Both the position numbers and the translations under genes were made by a program. A stretch of 52,901 bases of DNA from Octopus bimaculoides (Eukaryota). Position 1 is the first letter of the stretch; every line of letters begins with the position of its first letter. The stretch lies in assembly GCF_001194135.2 (NCBI RefSeq), contig NC_068991.1, positions 71,575,478 through 71,628,378 of the forward strand. Reading direction: 5' to 3'. The notes beneath the pieces were generated by a model. The model did no database searches, had not been told where the DNA came from, and saw only the letters and a program-made list of their open reading frames with translations. Positions 50,921-52,901 of the stretch are shown one piece after another.

Positions 50921-52419
50921 CGACGGGCTTCTTTCAGTTTCCGTCTACCAAATTCACTCACAAGGTTTTGGTCGGCCCGAGGCTATAGTCGAAGACACTT
51001 GCCCAAGGTGCCACGCAGTGAGACTGAACCCAGAACCATGTGGTTGGTAAGCAAGCAACTTACCACACAGCCACTCCTGCACTAGCCCAGGTATTAACTA
51101 ATCATTGAATTTCACTAATTATAACGAAACTACTTGTGTCTACTGATTTTTGGTTTGTTTTTGTTTTTTACTGTCTTTTCATTCTGTTCAGGTGTGATAT
51201 GTATGAACAAGAAACCTGAAACAGAAGACAATATGGATGATATGGAGGTTGTATCTCAGGGAGCAGCCACCAGGGACGATACCCTCAGTGAATTGGGCCA
51301 AATGTGTATGAAAACTGAAGTAATTATTATTCTGTTTTGTTTAATTTATTCATCACAATCTGCCTTCTATCGGTGTTTGTGTGTGTTTGAGAATTCCACA
51401 CCTGAAATTGAACCTCTGTTGCCTTGAAGCTGTTCATTGTCCTGGTTGAGAAGATGTACAGAAAAAGATGGGATGGACGTATCCGAAATGGCTTTATTCA
51501 AATCTTACACTCCTCTGCTCAATATGCCCTTTCTTAAGACAGTAAGGTGTGATACAAGGAAAATTGTGCTTGTAGATTGTAGTGAGGCAAGTGACCATGT
51601 AGCTAACCTAAAGTTAGCTACATGGAATTCAGTGCTAGATAATAGCATTGCATTTTTTATGATACCATCTCATGAAGTCAATTGATCTGCTTCAACCAAT
51701 TCATATATCCCTACTAATTAATAAATATATAGAAACATCTATACTATAATTAAGAAAGCTGTTTAGTTATTTGTTTGGTGTATGTAACTTTTACTAAAAA
51801 AAAAAATGCAATTATTAAAATTAACACCGTCTAGAAAATGCTTATAAATTCCAATTTTAATATATTTTTATCAAAATGTAGTTTTCAAGTTTCTTTTATT
51901 ATTGAAGATTTCAGTTTCATAATGCAATCACAAAATTTTTATTCACTGTGACATTGTCATCTTACATTTGAGATAGCAATTTTTATCATCTTTATTCATA
52001 CTTCTGGAAATATACCCAAACGTTTGCAATTCTACTATCTTCAAACATATCAACAAAAACATTTCTCCAAATTATAAGTTTAATCAAGCTTCAGCCAAAT
52101 TATGTTGATTCCTGTGTCTTTTCATATTCATTGAGTGCTTTCTAAGAAACACAATGCTGAATAAAAGAGCATTTGTAATTTTGTAATTTAATTACATCAA
52201 TTGTACCAAATATAAACTTGTGAATGCAATGACATATAATAAGGAAAAGAAATGCTGGGGGGAAAAAGTTATTTTCTTGTTACAGAGGTCTCATTTCTAT
52301 ATTTCTCTTTACAGGACATCTATCCCTTTATCTTCCTGTGTGTGTATGATGGACTCTTATGGCGTGACAGTTCCACATGCCACAAATGTATCAGCTTGGG
52401 ATGGCCAGTACTTAAACAG
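7265..52419 (+). CDS. XPO5: Exportin-5 gene; 27 visible coding exons, exon 25 probably in N-gap, 3' end beyond window
   Basis: Manual splicing at GT-AG sites gives 3049 coding nt; exons 1-24 (2736 nt) form one open frame with consistent phases. Peptides match recalled human XPO5 motifs: IIRHFGLQLLEH, HIKDAVSRITVEILKRDWPQLW, ETQTELV, QRRREIQQTLT, DFDSDEEFN, DPLILSC, NVRQHACS, QMEKC, NLNNIPDYRLRP, LEDQLTRQLTRE. Confidence 0.97.
11333..11835 (+). mobile_element. Two SINEs, family C (GGCGAGCTGGCAGAATCGTTAGC head)
   Basis: GCCTTTCATCCTTT(C/T)GGG.TCGAT.AA.TAAGTACCAG core present twice, (ATT)n between; many other copies in window. Confidence 0.78.
14227..14348 (+). CDS. XPO5: XPO5 exon 2
   Basis: tttcag acceptor; VCDELKEMPSKSIKFGLVLAQKDYSPIIRHFGLQLLEHCIK; GTAAGT donor, phase 2. 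Confidence 0.93.
14611..14683 (+). CDS. XPO5: XPO5 exon 3
   Basis: ttgtag acceptor; YRWNDLTPEEKNRMKKSALELIST; GTAAGT donor. Confidence 0.93.
16221..16358 (+). CDS. XPO5: XPO5 exon 4
   Basis: GTQGILVEEHHIKDAVSRITVEILKRDWPQLWATLLKDLEILSRLG; 138 nt. Confidence 0.95.
17312..18154. mobile_element. Mariner-derived foldback element with two inverted 5' ends
   Basis: TA-flanked; ~180-bp imperfect inverted arms; transposase N-terminal pieces on + (YEWFRSFQDG; ISYGSVQSIITEDLG...KFVPKLLS) and on - (EQKQRICIKFCQKLG). Confidence 0.85.
18410..18592 (+). CDS. XPO5: XPO5 exon 5
   Basis: ETQTELVLMVFLRVVEDVIAFQSIPQQRRREIQQTLTANLGDLFKFFLAKLNYHKGQYQSL. Confidence 0.95.
19908..20389. mobile_element. Palindromic tRNA-like / Penelope-like non-autonomous element
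   Basis: Arms invert about ATGCCC-GT-GGGCAT (20169-20182); 14-bp TSD AAGAGAAATGACAA at 19894-19907 and 20390-20403. Confidence 0.85.
20446..20664 (+). CDS. XPO5: XPO5 exon 6
   Basis: QQSTERDFQMRALVHCRVCEAVLQTLCGFVEWVPMSHILDDNSLLLRLLCLLLNDKSLQLMAAECLLLIVSRR. Confidence 0.94.
20787..21011. mobile_element. TTAA-flanked piggyBac-type MITE
   Basis: TTAACCCTTTAGCAT...ATGCTGATAGGTTAA; related copies at 13087-13299, 28974-29201, 35447-35674, 46947-47586. Confidence 0.72.
21230..21559 (+). mobile_element. RTE LINE 3' UTR copy (family D)
   Basis: ...GGAAGGGCATCCAGCTGTAGAAACTCTGCC...CCAACCCATGCTAGCATGGAAAGC; same 3' UTR that follows the RTE ORF at 44530-45272. Confidence 0.8.
22826..23190 (-). mobile_element. 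Degenerate RTE-like LINE 3' end
   Basis: Minus strand IERSQLQYYGYVVKMSHERIAG*VLLAKQDGR ... LETVASNKTPWKEYLRTLPLQPFQE*; short (GAGAT)n-like tail. Confidence 0.65.
23295..23371 (+). CDS. XPO5: XPO5 exon 7
   Basis: GRLEERKPLLILFSDDAMSIIFTAA; GTAAGT donor, phase 2. Confidence 0.93.
23764..23830. repeat. (TA)n microsatellite
   Basis: Direct reading. Confidence 0.95.
23859..24048 (-). mobile_element. RTE LINE 3' UTR, young copy
   Basis: (ATC)n tail at left; ~177 nt nearly identical to 44551 and 52616 copies. Confidence 0.85.
25012..25289 (+). mobile_element. SINE family B, 3' part
   Basis: Matches 6280-6557; 5' part lost in N-gap. Confidence 0.8.
25418..25517 (+). CDS. XPO5: XPO5 exon 8
   Basis: AAG acceptor (only in-frame AG nearby); EANNSSTDERYYLFLKRLCQVFTEIGKQLCALW. 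Confidence 0.88.
26386..26469 (+). CDS. XPO5: XPO5 exon 9
   Basis: GYSEDVQKPPTFTKYLEAVLAFTEHPSR. Confidence 0.93.
28281..28406 (+). CDS. XPO5: XPO5 exon 10
   Basis: FLGSLTHSLWASFLRHEIISEDETLMSFIPRLVRSATTTIIK. Confidence 0.93.
29687..29777 (+). CDS. XPO5: XPO5 exon 11
   Basis: VGFPSQNNSPSCSYALLDFDSDEEFNLFFS; phase 1. Confidence 0.94.
30393..30515 (+). CDS. XPO5: XPO5 exon 12
   Basis: YRAEVAETLRLATRINPKCTFEAVATWLQDLLQKPVDIGG. Confidence 0.93.
30765..31075 (+). mobile_element. RTE LINE 3' UTR copy
   Basis: Same block as 21230-21559; runs into N-gap. Confidence 0.78.
32611..32780 (+). CDS. XPO5: XPO5 exon 13
   Basis: TERGNCNLSSPAFLEWDGLTTFLESVMSRLTTSPNPQPDRAAGVQLLKQVLDYNTQ. Confidence 0.93.
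32954..33181. mobile_element. TTAA-flanked MITE (second family)
   Basis: TTAACCCTTTTTTACCATATTTCTG...ATCAAAATAGTTAA; related inverted piece at ~47770-47916. Confidence 0.55.
33585..33680 (+). CDS. XPO5: XPO5 exon 14
   Basis: DPLILSCLLSCVSALFTFLNDSLETLPIVLDK. Confidence 0.94.
34527..34745 (+). mobile_element. SINE family C
   Basis: GCGAGCTGGCAGAAACGTTAGCACG head, GAGTTCAAAT B-box-like, GCCTTTCATCCTTTCGG core; inverted copies at ~16985-17205, 31990-32205, 48790-49020. Confidence 0.82.
35266..35397 (+). CDS. XPO5: XPO5 exon 15
   Basis: IFSAVVFNLPGQTKSTRSKAVKNVRQHACSVLVKVCKQYPDLLF. Confidence 0.94.
35447..35674. mobile_element. TTAA-flanked piggyBac-type MITE
   Basis: TTAACCCTTCAACAT...ATGCTAAAGGGTTAA. 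Confidence 0.75.
35702..35987. mobile_element. TTAA-flanked MITE (third family)
   Basis: TTAACCCATTACCTCCC...GGTAGGGAATGGGTTAA inverted termini. Confidence 0.65.
36174..36280 (+). CDS. XPO5: XPO5 exon 16
   Basis: PVFPSLYQHIQNIAKDPIQLSQMEKCILTEALILI; phase 2. Confidence 0.93.
36524..37290. mobile_element. Head-to-head pair of family A SINEs around a 14-N gap
   Basis: 36524-36928 minus copy and 36943-37290 plus copy are reverse complements over ~340 nt. Confidence 0.8.
37535..37627 (+). CDS. XPO5: XPO5 exon 17
   Basis: NQSQNFDKQSTFIEEVLQPVKEIWLSNSFE. Confidence 0.93.
38072..38978 (+). mobile_element. Four tandem family C SINEs
   Basis: Heads at ~38072, 38306, 38534 and 38761, all on the same strand, each with the GAGCTGGCAGAA/GTTAGCA/CTTTC(A/G)GGGTC blocks. 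Confidence 0.8.
39343..39442 (+). CDS. XPO5: XPO5 exon 18
   Basis: AFQSPEKFMSFVGLDQPPVEPSTDDLSGINRSQ. Confidence 0.92.
40375..40704. mobile_element. Second (one-armed) copy of the palindromic tRNA/Penelope-like element
   Basis: Left arm as in 19935-20175, then ~60 nt unrelated sequence, then terminal ATAATGTACGTAATTCCTCATCTCTTAAATATAGAA; direct repeat TTGTACAAATGA at 40363-40374 and 40705-40716. Confidence 0.78.
40737..40802 (+). CDS. XPO5: XPO5 exon 19
   Basis: ISYCIITILAVMKRSKWPDDFQ. Confidence 0.92.
41001..41113 (+). CDS. XPO5: XPO5 exon 20
   Basis: IAKSGGFVNPNLDSTVQIRNPATPHISILLNNLFGLL. Confidence 0.92.
41244..41326. repeat. 35-bp tandem repeat, 2.4 copies
   Basis: AATTGATGTTTCATTAG(T/A)GAACGGTTATCATCATA x2 + AATTGATGTTTCA. 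Confidence 0.9.
41521..41583. repeat. 35-bp tandem repeat, 1.8 copies
   Basis: CTCTACATG(A/C)GGAAAGTGTACCAATTCT repeated at 35-nt offset. Confidence 0.88.
42495..42595 (+). CDS. XPO5: XPO5 exon 21
   Basis: TLSALWLPENLKLRHPDFCNAYDLQEVDKLAVL. Confidence 0.91.
43345..43441 (+). CDS. XPO5: XPO5 exon 22
   Basis: IQPPYIDNTDSTISKQPVERMQNFIGNIHDN. Confidence 0.91.
44530..45272 (-). mobile_element. 5'-truncated RTE-clade LINE (ORF end + 3' UTR + (GAT)n tail)
   Basis: Minus strand LREKLNIRSISCGVQERRLR*YGHVVRMEEDSCVKKC / TVEGTRGRGRPRKTWAEVVRQDLRTLGLTEAMTTDRDLWKCAVREKTRQAK* (stop at 44980-44982). Confidence 0.88.
46648..46784 (+). CDS. XPO5: XPO5 exon 23
   Basis: YHILGNAGLCLGYEFYAHPELSSLLLNYVLINLNNIPDYRLRPII; donor GTATCCTT (U12-type). 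Confidence 0.93.
46785..48421 (+). other. U12-type (minor spliceosome) GT-AG intron 23 of XPO5
   Basis: 5' site GTATCCTT (46785-46792); branch motif TTCCTTAAG (48402-48410) 11 nt before the intron end; no extended polypyrimidine tract. Confidence 0.9.
46947..47586. mobile_element. TTAA MITE interrupted by a family A SINE (47046-47466, minus)
   Basis: MITE left half matches 35447 copy, right half resumes after SINE head and ends ATACTAAATGGTTAA. Confidence 0.72.
48422..48519 (+). CDS. XPO5: XPO5 exon 24
   Basis: VFMKPYVQHCPREYFVTAVLPLLSKLCPYMYQ; GTGAGT donor, phase 0. Confidence 0.93.
50144..50182. repeat. (CT)n microsatellite upstream of exon 26 acceptor
   Basis: Direct reading. Confidence 0.93.
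50230..50309 (+). CDS. XPO5: XPO5 exon 26 (exon 25 not visible)
   Basis: SSVDEDKEVLEDQLTRQLTREYLELL; needs an upstream phase-2 donor; alternative in-frame acceptor at 50236. Confidence 0.85.
50680..51082 (-). mobile_element. SINE family A, full length
   Basis: (CTCTTTTA)n tail at left, GCCACTCCTGCA head at right, internal (CA)n. Confidence 0.85.
51192..51319 (+). CDS. XPO5: XPO5 exon 27
   Basis: VICMNKKPETEDNMDDMEVVSQGAATRDDTLSELGQMCMKTE. Confidence 0.88.
52315..52419 (+). CDS. XPO5: XPO5 exon 28
   Basis: DIYPFIFLCVYDGLLWRDSSTCHKCISLGWPVLKQ; GTGAGT donor, gene continues beyond window. Confidence 0.92.
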
Positions 52420-52596
52420 GTGAGTATCGTTAAGATTACACTTTTGTGACACCTTCTTAATGCCTATAGTCAACTGGCTGGTAATGGAGCCATTGTGCTG
52501 CATAGACATGGTATAGTTTGGAAGTTTCTTTTACAACCACATGGTTTTGGATTCCATTGCACTGCATGATGCCTTCAGCAGATGTCTTCTACTTCA

Positions 52597-52901
52597 TCAT
52601 CATCATCATCATCATCGTTTAACGTCCGCTTTCCATGCTAGCATGGGTTGGACGATTTGACTGAGGACTGGTGAAACCGGATGGCAACACCAGGCTCCAG
52701 TCTGATTTGGCAGAGTTTCTACAGCTGGATGCCCTTCCTAACGCCAACCACTCAGAGAGTGTAGTGGGTGCTTTTACGTGTCACCCGCACGAAAACGGCC
52801 ACGCTCGAAATGGTGTCTTTTATGTGCCACCCGCACAAGCCAGTCCAGGGGCACTGGCAACGATCTCGCTCGAAAATCCTACGGGAGCCAGTCAGGCGGT
52901 A
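52597..52901 (-). mobile_element. RTE LINE 3' UTR, young copy (runs off window)
   Basis: ~264 nt identical to 44551-44814 apart from one 1-nt indel. Confidence 0.85.

Noticed and set aside
51437-51685. 82-aa ORF in intron 27
   Set aside because: No recognisable homology or splice context; XPO5 exons 27 and 28 join in frame without it.

Overview
Eukaryotic, AT-rich, repeat-dense scaffold with 12 N-gaps. The repeat repertoire looks like Octopus or another coleoid cephalopod; this is an inference from repeat content, not a database result. The window holds most of one intron-rich + strand gene, Exportin-5 (XPO5; importin-beta-family pre-miRNA export receptor). I could read 27 coding exons with GT-AG boundaries, from the ATG at 7265 to exon 28 ending at 52419. 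Exons 1-24 splice into an uninterrupted 912-codon frame. One exon (25) is missing and probably lies in the N-gap at 49410-49988. The gene continues past the window end. Intron 23 (46785-48421) has U12-type (minor spliceosome) signals. The rest is transposon-derived: several tRNA-headed SINE families, 5'-truncated RTE-clade LINEs (three near-identical copies), two mariner derivatives, TTAA-flanked piggyBac-type MITEs and microsatellites. The most unusual object is a ~480-bp almost fully palindromic insertion with a 14-bp TSD just upstream of exon 6. It joins a tRNA-like Pol III head to a Penelope-like tail carrying a degenerate hammerhead-ribozyme core. Most ORFs in the supplied track are repeat-derived or N-spanning artefacts. 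Repeat family names and human XPO5 comparisons are from memory and were not checked by search.
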